A stretch of 64,000 nucleotides of DNA from Sphagnum compactum (taxonomy: Eukaryota): NCBI GenBank assembly GCA_965153455.1, contig OZ234493.1, forward strand, positions 8,980,213 through 9,044,212, written 5' to 3'. A program made the translations under genes and the position numbers. Under the pieces are notes generated by a model. It saw only the letters and a list, made by a program, of their open reading frames with translations. It was not told where the DNA came from and did no database searches. How positions within the stretch are numbered: position 1 is the first letter of the stretch; the number at the start of each line of letters is the position of its first letter. Shown here in pieces: positions 51,301 to 64,000 of the stretch.

Positions 51301-54300
51301 AGGACCTACCAAGGCTTTATGTATTGATTTTTTAAATTCTTAAATTGGTTTTCAAATAAGTAGTTTTCACAAGTTAATAACAAGTGATTATTTTAAGAGT
51401 TGTCTTAAGTCATTTATTAGAATTTTAATAAATTAAGACAAAAACCTTATAAATGGAAACAAATGAAAGGAATTAATAAAATTTTATGAAAATGAACACG
51501 TGTTGTTTTCATTATACTTTTAAAATCTTAGCTCATTCAAAGGCACCTCCAAAAAATTCCAACTTTTTTTTAAAATTAATATTTGTCTCGATCAATCATC
51601 CATTTCAACTTCATTCATGAAGATTTCAAGCATTGGTCTATTTCCATTTTCACCAGATTGATCCATATTTCACACAACACAAAATATGGCAAGTAGAGTG
51701 GAACAAACCTAACAAACATTAAATTATATTAAATCTTGACAAACTCTTTAAAAATGGTATAAGATGAAAACAGACCAACATTTACAAACACTTACAAAAA
51801 CATAAAATCATTCACTTCTCCTTTTCCTTTTCATCATAATGTAATAAAATGTGCAATGGCAATTAAATGTAAGATGATGCAAAAGCAATGCAAATATTAA
51901 ATAAATGTAAATCCTACAAAAGAAAAAAAACCAAATAAAAAACCAAAAAATTAATAACAAGAAACCAATAATTTAAAAAATTAAAAACTAGCCAATAATT
52001 TTATTTTTAAGACCAAAAAAACCAAAAAAAAGACCAATTTGTTTTTTTTTTAAATTCAAACTTGGAGCTTGAAATTAAACTCCAATGTCAAGAGTTGAAC
52101 CTCTTATGATTTAACATTTGCACAAACAAAAAAAAGGGGGGGGGGGGGGACATGTGATATATCAATGAATATAAATAAGAGCCAAGAAAAAAATGTTATG
52201 ATCTCACACCTACACAAGCAAACAAAGGGGGGAGTATATGCCATAGATCAACAAATAGAGCAAGGAGCATAGGTAAGGTACCTAAAGGAGGAGCACTCAC
52301 ATTGTTAGGAAAAAAACACACAAGGGAAATAAAAGCAAATAAATAAATGTGCAAATAAAGCCATAAGTTGAAAAAGAAAAGAAAAATGTTTCAATAACCT
52401 CAATGCGCACAAATCCAGAATCGTTGATCAGGGTTTTAAAGTTAATCCAGCCGTCTCCTTCATTAATGAGAGCGGCGGATTTTATCCTTTTTGGAAGAAG
52501 GTTAGAGCTGGTTGTGCATGGGATGCATAGAGGGGTTGCTGTCTGGCTATGTGGGATGGGATAGCAGGAGGATGGCGGCACAAATGATGGAGAGGAGCGG
52601 CGCTGCATTGATGAGCTGTTGAGGAAAAATGACAGCAGAAAGGTGAAGGATGAAGCTTGTGTGGGAAGCCAACAGAGGAAGAGGAGAGGACGATTTTATA
52701 GAGGAGAGCAAGCTGAAAAGGTGTGGAAGGTAGCGCAATGGGGGTTAGCAGAGCCCAAGGATGCATGGAGAGCCAGACTAGAAGGTCTGATTTTTGAGGA
52801 GAGTGTTAGAACTAAGTAGTTTTTCTGGGATCATTGATGAGCATTGCTTAAGGGAGGAGAAGTTCAGAGAGTAGCAAGAGGCTAAGATGGATGCTGTAGA
52901 TGAGTTTTTGTCTTTAGTTTTGTGTTAGAGATGGAAGACTAGAGCTGCAAATGTTAGATGAGCTCAGAAGAGTCTGGATGTGTAGCCCTATATGTTTATT
53001 TCGTGGAGAGCTTGGCTGAGTTGTTGAAACTTTCCGCTGCGCCAGCGACTTAGCTAAGTAGGATTGTTTGATTTTTTATGAGTGCACTGGAGTGAGGCAG
53101 CTTGCGCTGTCGGGGAATTCTGTAAATTATGAGTAATGAATTTTGATATCTGAAGTTCTGCTTTGCCGAATTGTGAGAGTTGGAGCTGTGTCTTTGGAAA
53201 TCCAGGGAGTGAGACTTTGCATTAGTAATGTGGGCCTATCATTGGGGTTTTGGTAGAACCATGAGACAGAAGCTTTGGACTCAGATTAATGCCATTGTCA
53301 TGCCGTGGGTTTGATAGACGGATACCCATTCACATTCTGTCTGAGTGAGTTAGACAGAGGGGTCGTGTTGCTGTTGGACCCTTCCTTTTTTGGTGACATA
53401 AAGTTTTCCTTCTCCATTAGAGTTGTATGTTAACTACCCTAATTCCTTAAACTTAAAATCCAAAAACATTGGATTCCCTTACAAGCTTTTAAAAGCCTAT
53501 TTAAAAAGTCTTGCTACTTATAGTAGATAATAGATTCTTGAAAACATGCCCTAAGTATCTTCCATTTCCTTGCCTAAATATCAATATTTGAAAAATTATG
53601 AAGTATTCAAGTTTCAAGGTGTTGATCGAATTTCAAAATGTTGATTTTCGCTCCAATTAAAATGATATTTAGTATATCATGATAAATATCACTTGATATG
53701 ATATCCATTGATGTTCCTTGTGTGAACCAACTTAAACCTTTGGTTAATTTTCATAAAAAAAAATTAATACCCACCCAAGATTAGTTCAATCCTTGTTTCA
53801 TGCCTTAGTTTTTGTCAGAAGCCCAAGGCTAGGGTTGCAATAGTTATTCAAGGCATGAAAACAAATCAACATATAATTCACAAAAAAAAAATTCAATGTC
53901 ATAATACATGTGATATACATGTCATGACCCTAACATGTGAGATCACAACCAACCCTAATGTACAAGAAGGGAGATGAGTCAAAATAAACATCATAAGTTT
54001 CAATTACATTTTCACAAATGTGGGATAATGTAAGGAAATGAATATCAACAATATGAAATGAACTCCCACTTTGGGAAAATAAAATCCTACAAATTCTTTT
54101 GAACTTTTGAAAGAAAAATGCATATAACAAACTTTGTCCAAATTGATATTTCTTTAAATTGTTTGAAAAGCCTTAAATTTCTAGATATTTAAAGTGGGCT
54201 TCTATGTTCCATTTGTAAATATTAAATTCAATTTATGCCAAAAGACTGGCCAAAAATCAAACTAATAGTTTAGCTTTTGAACGATCTTTAAAACCAAAGA

Positions 54301-57227
54301 AACATGGGTAAAATGAGGTTTAATTGGAATGTGTGATGGAGTTGGAAATTATATCTTCAAAGGTTATATTTTTTCCTTTCAAAGTTCTTCAATTTAAGTT
54401 TGAATGTAAGAATTATTAATTTACAAATCAAATTAGATTTGGTTCTAGCTAGCTATACATAGCCCAAAATTGATTTTTTTAGTTACTAACACTCCATAAC
54501 CAATAAAAAGTTACAACCTATATCAACTACATGCCTAAACCAAAAAAAAAAAGCAAAACTTGCATACTTGAGGCATGTTTGAAAAGTAACAATTACATTC
54601 TTAATGCAACCCTTCACCTCACATTAGCAAACCCCCAAATTTATTATTAAAAAAATGTATACTTAATTTTTTTAAATCACATTAACAAATTAAAAACCCA
54701 ATTGGAAAAATAAACAGTTATTTTTTAAATTAAAAAAATGAAAAACCAAACCAAACCTTGGATAAAACCAATTTAGGGGCCAATTTCTATTAAATAGGGG
54801 TTGATTCTAATCAAAGGTCAATTCTTGATTCCAAGTTTAGTTTTAAGGAAGATTTTGAGGTTAATTCTTAAATTATTTTTTCAAAAATTTGAACCAACAA
54901 TTCAAGTACCTAAGAACTAGAACATGAATAAAAGGTTTTCACCCACCCAAACAAAGAACCAAACAACATTGGTTGTTTCTCTAGTTGTAGGACACCAAAA
55001 AAAATGTTTATTAAATGTTGACTAATAGAATAAAATGAGAATCACTTGTGCAACTCTTGAAGTACGATATTAAAAAATTAGTGAAATAGATGTAATTATG
55101 GTGGGAAAATGAAGTCACTTTTGTGGGAGGTGAAGGTTGCCACTCAATCAAATAGGTAATGTGATTTGAGTGGGAGAGATGTATGGAATAAGTGTGGAAT
55201 TAATAATAAAAAGGTGTGTGTGAAGATGAAGATTAATGGTAAAATATGACATTTGTAACATGAGTTGCAAGGTTGTATTCTAAGACCAAGGTAGAACAAA
55301 CTATGACCAAACCCTAATGATTAATGTGTATATGAACATGAGAGAAGGATGGCGGAGATTATTAATAGGTTTTTTGCATTGTATTGTGTTCGTGAAATGA
55401 AAAAGTGTCATTTAAAGTAAATATTGAATTTGCAACTAGTGAGAATAGTTGCACTAGAATGGTTACGATAATGGCAACAATGAGTTATTTCTCAATATTT
55501 TAATATAAACTTTTCAAAAAAAATGAGCAAATTTAATTGCATTTATGTTAGAAAAACACATTTTTTTACAACAACAATTTTTTTAAATGGTAGGATTTTT
55601 GGGAGTAAAAATCATTAGGCATGATTGACATTTTTTGTAAAATTTAGACAATATTCATCCCTTTTTTATCTTCATGTAAACATTTGAAACTATTTAAAAA
55701 TCTCAATCTAAAAGTGAGAATGCTTGTGGGAATGCCTCATTTTCCCCCTTTATTTGGGTGACAATGTATCTTTCATCATTCTCATCATGTCATGGGATTG
55801 CTTTTAACCTAATTTGTTGTTTCTTTGAAGTAGTTGATCACAAGTCCAAAGTTAAAAATTGTGACCTTAAGAGATCATGAACTTATGTTAACAAAATAAC
55901 TAATTTTATTATGAGGAGTTCAATTGTGTGTGATATTCTTAAAATATATATATTTTTGAAGGTTGTTACATCATTTTTGGAACAAGGCATAATTTGTAAT
56001 GGAATGCAAAAAATGAATCTACAATTTTATTGCTTTGCAATTCATAATGAATATTTATGGTAAAACCCCAAGTCAAGGTGTTCCCAAAACAAAAGGTGTA
56101 AAACAAGGTCATATTTGAGATTGGCATCACATTTTGGGAATGTCTTTCACATTTGGGCTTTACCAATTGTGGGGACAAAGGCAAAAATTATCATGAATTT
56201 CAACATATGTAATGAAACAATGCAAAAACATTTTGTTAAGATTATAATTAACTTTAAGTCCCCTTTTAAGAGTTGTTACCTGACATTGAATTTTTAATTT
56301 CAAAATATATGTTTTTAAGAAAAATTATGTTAAATTAACATTCACCTAATATTAATAAGTTGGGTGCCATTTAGATTTTGATGTTAATTAATATTCTTGT
56401 TTTGAATCCAATAAATTTTTTTTCATTATTTAATATTAACTTAACATTGGCTTAACATCCAACATGATTAGAACATTTCTAACAATTGAAAAAAAAAAAT
56501 TAAAAATAAAATAAAATATATATATATATATATATATGTACACCAAAATTTGGATAAAATTGCATCATAATGGTGTGGTTTGAAAAGGGGTTTCATCAAT
56601 TGCCAAAGATGTTCATATCTATCCACCGAGAAGGATTTTTATGCCTATTTGTTAGAGGGACTCCATAAGGAGTAGATGTAATAGAGTTATCGACAAAATA
56701 AAGAAAAACAAAACATTAGCACCCCCCCTTGTTTGGTCATAAAAGGGATGATAATTTTAAAAAAACAATGAAAAAAATACATTAGGCTTGAACAAGGATT
56801 AACACCAAATTGGATGATAATTTGAGTTTCATTTTTTATTTTATTTTTCTCGATTGTTTTCAACCAATCATTGTTGTTGTGTATTGCATCTATACATATT
56901 TTCAAACCTTGTGCATTTAATCTTGAATTTCATAAAAAAAATTCATTACTTTGCAGATAACAATGAACACAAGTTGAAAGAAAGGTTGCGATGAGATGAA
57001 AAAAAAGGCTTTAAAAAAAAAAAAAAGGAGAGTCACTTTACAAATAACTCTAATATCCCTTTCAAAATTGCCATTTAAAAATGACCTACATATTTAAGTT
57101 ATGCATAAAGTGCCAAAAATTATGATTTTCAAAATGGGTATTTTTTATATAGTGGCTATGAAATTTCTACAATTTCCTACCAACAAACAAACTACCTAAT
57201 GGTATGTACACATTAGTGAAAGATCTA

Positions 57228-57845
57228 GGCCAACGATTTCTAGGACCCTTGGCTAATTGGGCTTGTCTTATCGGGACAACAATTTCTAGGACCCTGGGCT
57301 TATCGGGCTTGTCTTATGGGGCCAACGATTTCAAGGATCCTTAGCTTATAGGGCTTGTCTTATTGGGCCAACGATTTCTAGGATCCTTAGCTTATAGGGC
57401 TTGTCTTATTGGGCCAACGATTTCTAGGACCCTTGGCTAATTGGGCTTGTCTTATTGGGACAACAATTTCTAGGACCCTAGGCTTATCGGGCTTGTCTTA
57501 TTGGGCCAATGATTTCTAGGACCCTTAGCTCATCGGGCTTGTCTTATTGGGCCAACGATTTCAAGGATCCTTAGCTTATAGGGCTTGTCTAAATTGGGCC
57601 AACGATTTCTACGACCCTTAGCTTATTGGACTTGCCTATAGAGGACCCCAATGGACCACTCAGGAGCCTAAAAATGGGAGCCAAAGTCCTTTGTCTAGAG
57701 TAAGACAGACACCCGATTTCTAGGACCCTTAGCTTATTGGGCTTGTCTTATTGGGCTTGCCTATAGAAGACCCCCATGGACCACTCAGGAGCCTAAAAAT
57801 GGGAGCCCCAGTCCTTTGTCAAGTGAGTGAGTAAGACAGACATCC
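57228..57845. repeat. 46-bp minisatellite (8 full units plus partial units) followed by a duplicated ~120-130-bp block
   Basis: Units start at 57228, 57274, 57320, 57366, 57412, 57458, 57504, 57550 and 57597 (consensus ggccaacgatttctaggacccttagcttattgggcttgtcttattg). The block ...cctatagaggaccc..atggaccactcaggagcctaaaaatgggagcc...gtaagacagaca occurs twice (~57602-57713 and ~57714-57845). Confidence 0.95.
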
Positions 57846-58327
57846 CATTAGGCTCACACACACACACACAAAAGACCACTGTGAGCTAAAGAACCCTAGG
57901 ATTTGAGGGTCCTAATGTATGGCCTTAGCGCCCTGGATAGGCCCTAAGGCCCTGGATAGGCCCTTCTCCTGGTGCCTTTGTCCTGTACGGGAAAGCCCGC
58001 CTTGCCCGAGCAGAGCAGGAACGATGATGGCTCTTACGCCTCCTTCCTTCCTCCCGCAGCAACTCTTCCGATCACACCAGCCGTGCTGCCGCGAGAAACC
58101 GAGAGATTGGCGAGAGAGAGGGAGAGAGAGAGAGAGAGAGAGATTGGAAGGAGCGCTGTAAATCGTGGCAAGGGAGATGGTAGTTAGTCGTCAATGCAAC
58201 AAGCAGACTTTCTAAAGAGTTTCTACAAACGGTGGAAAAAGTGCAGTTGAGGGACGGGGCACCTGCTGCTGCTGCTGCTGCCGCCCGCCTGGTTGTCTTT
58301 GTAACTGTAAACCCTGGGCGCGCAGCC

Positions 58328-58375
<48 letters not shown>

Positions 58376-59513
58376 GAGATGAAAACTGGAAAGTTGTGAG
58401 ACAAGGCAGTATGACTGACTGACATTATTGTCTCCCCCAAATTTGTAGGATTCTGAAACTTTGAGGTTTTGTGTATGTATTAATGCTCGTCGCCGTACAC
58501 GGATTGGACCTGCGGCGATCTTGAAACCACAACTGTAAGCAGTTTTATCAATTGCTCTCTTCTTCTTTTTCTGGGGTGTCCTTCTTTAATCTGTTGCTGC
58601 TGTGACAATACCTAGTTGGAGATAGATTTGACTTTACATGTTTTGCCTTTTGCCTTTTTCCTCTTCTATATGAGCTAATGAGGAAAGAGGCGCACCTTGA
58701 AGAAGATATAACGTGGAAAAAGAATATATCGCAATGTATCCGTGTTTCTCAGCGTGAAAACGAACGGTATCATCGGTGATTGAAATTTGTGAATTTTCCT
58801 TTGTGCGTGAAGAATATGTGCGCCTGCCTGCTGCTATGACTTTGGCGTTCTCTGCAATGTCCGAAGCTTGCAAAAAACCATTTAAAAACCTAAGCCTAAG
58901 ATATAGGGTATTTTGAGGAGGCAGCTGTGTGTATGACGAATCAAGCATTCACTGTGGGGTTGCAGTTTCGTTGTTAACATGGTTTATTTGCGACCTTTCA
59001 GAAGGAATACAATATTATTCTTTGCCAACAGTTTGCCGACCACACCAGTGCTCCTACACTTCCTTACTTGCAAAAGCTTTTGTGAGTGTTTTACTGCGCG
59101 AATTCGTCCAAGAATTAGGCATCTTTGGGTTATCTGTGTTTTCCCTAGCCAGGTTATCATTTCCTCGAGGTGTTGTTCTGCATGTTGGTTGACAAAGGTT
59201 ATATTTCTTGTTCATTCTGTGCCAGCTCCTCAAATGTATCCTGACATACAAGTTGTGTCTTAGAAGCTTACATATATTTTACATGCTAGTAATGTTCACA
59301 TGACTGGTTGGTAGTTCCTCAACTGAGAGAGTACATAGTGAGATCAGAGATAGTGGGGAGGATCAAAGAGGATGCATGCTATTTATGCGGAGGCGGTGAT
59401 CAATTATGCCTGTAATTATTGGAAGTGGTTGGCTCTGTGCTCTTTCTGACATCCCCCTGTTGCCATCAGGTGCAAAGTCTCTACGGATATCAAGCCAAGG
59501 CACCCACAATCAA

Positions 59514-61388
59514 ATGAGTACCTGCTTCTTCTCCTGCTGCTCCCTCCTAATGCCGAAAAGATTATAACTTGTTTTCCAAGACCATTTTTCTGTATGTTTC
59601 TGACACTATTGTAATCTACCTTACTCTGATCAGATAGCTCCTTGTGGGTGGCATATGCATGTGGTGTGAATTTGATAGGCTGCTTATTATCTGAGCTAAG
59701 TTTGATCAGAATGTTGTCTGGATCTAAAAGCTGAAACTGCAGTTTTTATATACCATGTCTAACACTCCCTGGGTTTCTCACTTTTGTGGCTTTGGAGGGA
59801 GGCCCCTTTGCCATGTAGGTTCAAGAACGTGCCATAGAAGAACTAGGACTCACATTGGAATAGAGCTTCACATTATGCCTTTCTGGTTGCCATGCAGGGA
59901 AGAAAGGGATAGTGATGTACAAGAGCCAGCTACAAGAATTTGCCCAGAAAGCTGGGTTCACCCCCCCCCTCTATGAGTTTGTGAAGGAGGGACCGTCGCA
60001 TGAACCTCGGTTCAAATCTATGGTCACTGTGAACTCTGTGACATATGAATCAAATCTTGTATTTCCAAATCTTAAATCAGCTGAGCATGCAGCTGCAAAA
60101 GTGGCCCTCAATGCCCTTTTCCCAGCTTATGGGGTTGCTCCCAGCCCAGTGGTAAGCCGTCTGCTTCTGGAAGTGATGATTGAAGTTCTATGTGCTGTCT
60201 TCTCTAGATGTCTTCCTAGCATAGACCAGGTGCACAAACTAAGATAGCTCTATGCCGTGCATGACTGCAGCATGAATCAGGCTTATGCAAAAATTTATTG
60301 CAAGAATATGCACAGAAAAATGGTGCTCCTTTACCTGTTTACCACACTGCACGTTTAGGAGAGGATCATTCTCCTACATTTACTTCCACTGTGGAAATTG
60401 GTGGAGTAAATTACAGTGGTGGTGGAGCGAAGAATAAGAAAGAGGCTGAAATAAAAGCTGCCCGAACTGCTCTTCTTGCCATTCAGTCCACCCCAGCTTG
60501 TAAGTTTTCAAAATAAAGGGTTGCAGGATTATTGTGTTATGGAAGGAGAACCAGCTATGGAAAAAAAATCTTTATTTGTCTCTCTGCAGTTCAGTTGATT
60601 CAGAAGGTCATGTGCTGCTGCAAGTTAGGACCAGAATTTTCTTACCTTTTGTGTGTTTACTGTTGGGCTCTGGTGTTGGGGGTGAGTGACAGGTGTAGCC
60701 TTGCCTCCTATTGAATTGCCAGCTCCACATTTTCAGGTGGGTTTGGTTTTGTAATTATTTCTTTGGGGACGTATTTCAGTTGGGTGTTGACATCAGAATA
60801 TGATGAAAAGGTGGCTTCTAACTCAGTGTTTTGTGACTGGCATGTCTTGTGAGGCATTGTATGCAGGTTGCAAACCTCATCAAGGGCCACAAGAAGGGGA
60901 GAAAAAGACTCAGGGCAAATCAGCAGTTGTTTGAGGAACCGATAGCTTCTCGGATGAGGGTTACAGAATGTGGCACTCCTCAAGTTCCCCAAGTGGGATC
61001 GACAGAGCTTGTGCAAGAATGGAATGATCACACCAATCAAACCACTGACACCCTGGAAGTATCAAAGCAGGGTGGGCTGGGCAATAGTCAGCTCTCAAGA
61101 GAGGTCCCAAAGGTGTTTGCTGCAGAGATACAAACTGAGACATATGTGCAACAAGGAGTTGAAGGACAGAAGGTTGGTGTTGTAAAAGACCACAACATAT
61201 CCGTGGTGATTCCTGGAATAACACCAATTCAGGGAGCAGCATCACCTAGATTGCCGTCTACACTGACAGCAGCCTCACATATTCCAGAAGATGTACAAAC
61301 TGGTGCTCCAGAGATCAACATTGAGCTTCAAAAGGATTTAGAAGAGGCAATAGCTGCTTCACAGCTGGCCACTTCTGGTACAGCTTAA
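59514..61388 (+). CDS. HYL1: Double-stranded RNA-binding protein with two dsRBMs, HYL1/DRB1-like
   Basis: dsRBM1: YKSQLQEFAQK...EGPSHEPRFKSMVTV...KSAEHAAAKVAL (59898-60151). Linker and dsRBM2: PVHESGLCKNLLQEYAQK...TVEIGGVNYSG...KKEAEIKAARTALLAIQS (60271-60499), which resembles Arabidopsis HYL1 (PVHETGLCKNLLQEYAQK). Then a predicted 17-nt exon (60590-60606) and last exon 60867-61388 with basic KKGRKR. Start is either ATG 59514 (4 coding nt before an intron) or ATG 59915. Confidence 0.85.
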
Positions 61389-61990
61389 ACAAAGTATCTG
61401 ACAGACTCTTTGGTACATTCTATTGTCCTGTCAATGTTGAGTTAGACATTCTCTCAAGTTGGGTCCATTTCCACAAGCTACCATAGCAGTCCTACGACTA
61501 CTATCTCTCTGAACCCCTCTTGCTCTGTTCAAATTGGGAACATGACCAGAAGGCTCTGGCAATGCGGATTCTCATACACACTGGCATTATGATTTTCTCT
61601 TGTTGTGTATAAAATGTTGGTCAAGTGGTACCACTCCTCCAGTTTTGTCACTCGTTTTGTCAACCAATTCTAGGGTTATGTGAAAGCTGCAGTCTATGGG
61701 CCAAGGGTAGGTAAATATGACATGTGCTGGAACATCTTGTGTGCTTGTAGTCATATACCACATTGCACAGTGCAGGAACCAATCGATTGTCTGCTAAAGG
61801 ATCGAATCAAATATCTGTAGGAGCACTGTGGTTGCCTTCATTAATTTTGTGTCATGACTTGGGTGTGTTTTTTCATTGGGTTATGCAAACGGATTAATGC
61901 TTGTGTGGTGAAGTGTTTTGTACAAGAAATCTTGATATCTTGTACAAGACAATTCTATTTGAGTACATCTTTTGTACTTTAGCAGTAAAA

Positions 61991-62169
61991 GTTTTTGGTT
62001 GTTTACACAAAACAAGCTAATGGTTTCTTGCAGGCTTGTGCCCGTAACATATGGATGACGAAAGGTCTACAAGGTTGGTAGAGGTTTTTGGTTGTTTACA
62101 GAAGCAAGCTAATAGTGTTTTGCAAGGCTTGTGCCCATAACATATGAACGATGAAAGGTCTACAAGGTT
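61991..62169. repeat. Imperfect ~86-bp direct repeat (period ~93 bp) downstream of the DRB gene
   Basis: gtttttggttgtttaca...caagctaat...ggcttgtgccc.taacatatg...gaaaggtctacaaggtt at 61991-62076 and 62084-62169. Confidence 0.85.
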
Positions 62170-63199
62170 TGCCACTCTCAGTCTTAACCTTCCTTTTAAA
62201 AAAACACAAGTTTTGATTACACTCGGTTTTCATTATTCTTTACCCTTTGCTCTTACCTTTCACTTTTAGTCCTTTTGCTTCCCTTGTCTTCTTGTTTCCT
62301 TGGAATAAAGTTGGCCATGTTTACATCATTTGTACTAGAATGAGCTCCACAAAGTTAGACACAACTATTTTCCCTTGTTCTCGCCTCTTTCCTACCCAAT
62401 TTGCTTTTCTTCCTCAACTTCCCCTTGCTCTATCCAAACTAGGCATGGTGTTGATGGTCGCAAGGATGTTATTTTTCATGATTTGCCATGATTGATGTTC
62501 TAGTCACACAAAGCAACTCTTTGTAGTAGATTTGCCAACATCATGGGCTTTATTGAAAACTTCACAACTATTTTTGTCCTATGTAAATTATGTTGTTAAT
62601 TGCAAGTTTTAGATTTCAACTTCATTATATTTACATATCAAGACGAACTTTTAATTTTCCAAGTTGTAAAAAAATAACCTAGGTGACTACTTATGCCCAA
62701 TATATGTTTGACAAGTGGTAGCCACACGTGGGTTAAGAGGTGAATAACTACTTGCTTAGGTTTAGAAGGGGAGAAACAATGGTTACTAAGTTAATTGTTG
62801 AGTACAAAACTTGTGGTTACACAATTCAACCATGGTAAATTCTACAAGCAACCAAATTCAAGTTGTAGTAGGAAAATTGACAACTAGCTCATGAACAAAG
62901 AAACATTTAAACACCCACAACATGAACTAAGTAGAAAATCAACATAACTTTTTCTTTTCTTTTTTGGTGTAACAAACTTAATATTAAGTGCCTTCAACCT
63001 TGTCCTTCTTAAGGGAATTGAACCCTAGCCATTATGGACCTTACCCACTTCAATTAGAAAATACATGCTTACAAAAACAAAAGTTAAAACAACATAAGAT
63101 ACGTATTAAAAAAACTTGTAGTAATGTGAGGTTAATACTTGTAGAATATCTAATGTATTCATAACCATAAAAACAAATGTAAGGTTCAAACATCCAATT

Positions 63200-64000
63200 C
63201 ATGACCCTTTTTCACATTTAAGATTATGATTGCAGTATCAAATGGAAAGGTTTCAAGGGTAAAAATAAAAAATAAAAATTTGCACATACATGTGCATAGT
63301 GAGATTTAAGTGCATTATCAACCTATTTTTCAATTTACTTTACACAAAATTCAAGGTGAAAAAACACCTCTTGTCTTTCACACTACTTAATACCATAATC
63401 ATTAACAACTCAATTCATTCAAAACATTTAGATAGTTGATGTGCAATGAGCTGGTTGTTCCATAACACGCACCGCATTTCATACATAGATTATTGTTGTG
63501 AGGTAGTTTCATGACAACTTGGGAATTATTTTGCATTGCAATCTTGAAGAAAAAACACTTATGGTCTAGTAGCTTTTCATTAAAAATAAACTAAATGAAA
63601 ATTTGATTTAGACCAACACTCTTCCCATAGTAGTAATGGGCTTTTAGAATGTTTAATTGCACAAAAAATGTGTGTTTCGCTTATGATTGAACCCAAAATT
63701 GTGAAAACATAATGATTGTGATATGCATGGTATCCTGAGCAAAAAAACCTTTTTTTCAATTCTTCAATGAGACCCAAAATAACGCTAGTGCATTACTTCT
63801 TCATGTCTTCAATTACAGTCAACCAATCAACTTTAAAAACTAAATTGAAGACCCTCATTATAGAATCTTGCTTGTGCACCATGATAATACACCCAAAACA
63901 TTGGAATGTTGCACTTTCCAAAGGAAAACTAAAAACAATAACCCAACTCATGTTCAAAGCTTCATTCTAATGTTTAACAATGGAAAAAAATGTTAAATTA
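63200..64000 (-). mobile_element. Decayed hAT-family transposase relic (C-terminal dimerisation region)
   Basis: The minus strand around 63430-63280 gives, across stops and a frameshift, ELLMIMVLSSVKDKRCFSTLNFV*SKLKNRLIMHLNLTMHMY, resembling the hAT 'S..ER.FS.L...K.KLRNRL' motif. Boundaries approximate. Confidence 0.6.

Noticed and set aside
57228..57845. Possible CRISPR-like array
   Set aside because: Units are contiguous near-identical 46-mers with no unique spacers, there are no cas genes, and the context is eukaryotic. It is a minisatellite.

Overview
This is eukaryotic, intron-rich land-plant nuclear DNA. It looks bryophyte-like, possibly a moss such as Sphagnum, but that is an impression from composition and protein divergence, not proof. 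I traced five spliced protein-coding genes by hand: (1) a 9x CCHC zinc-knuckle RNA-binding protein (minus, 2637->611) with an ALY/REF-like 'MSLDDL' N-terminus, head-to-head with (2) kinetochore/tethering protein ZW10 (plus, 3212-9115); (3) a ~50-exon callose synthase of the GSL8/GSL10 type (minus, 34187->10855); (4) a very long INCENP/WYRD-like protein with a C-terminal IN-box (plus, 39836-48386); and (5) a HYL1/DRB1-like dsRNA-binding protein (plus, ~59514-61388). The AT-rich intergenic DNA holds a decayed PIF/Harbinger transposase, a 507-bp non-autonomous CACTA element, a hAT relic and a 46-bp minisatellite upstream of the DRB gene. There is no CRISPR array, tRNA or full rRNA gene. The best leads are: an unclassified repeat family seen only in introns and always in the same orientation relative to three host transcripts; a UAP56-binding-motif-like leader on a zinc-knuckle protein; three consecutive cell-division genes with E2F/MSA-like promoter motifs; a site-II-rich minisatellite in front of HYL1; and a 35-bp SSU-rRNA fragment in an intron. 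None of these can be called a new system from sequence alone.
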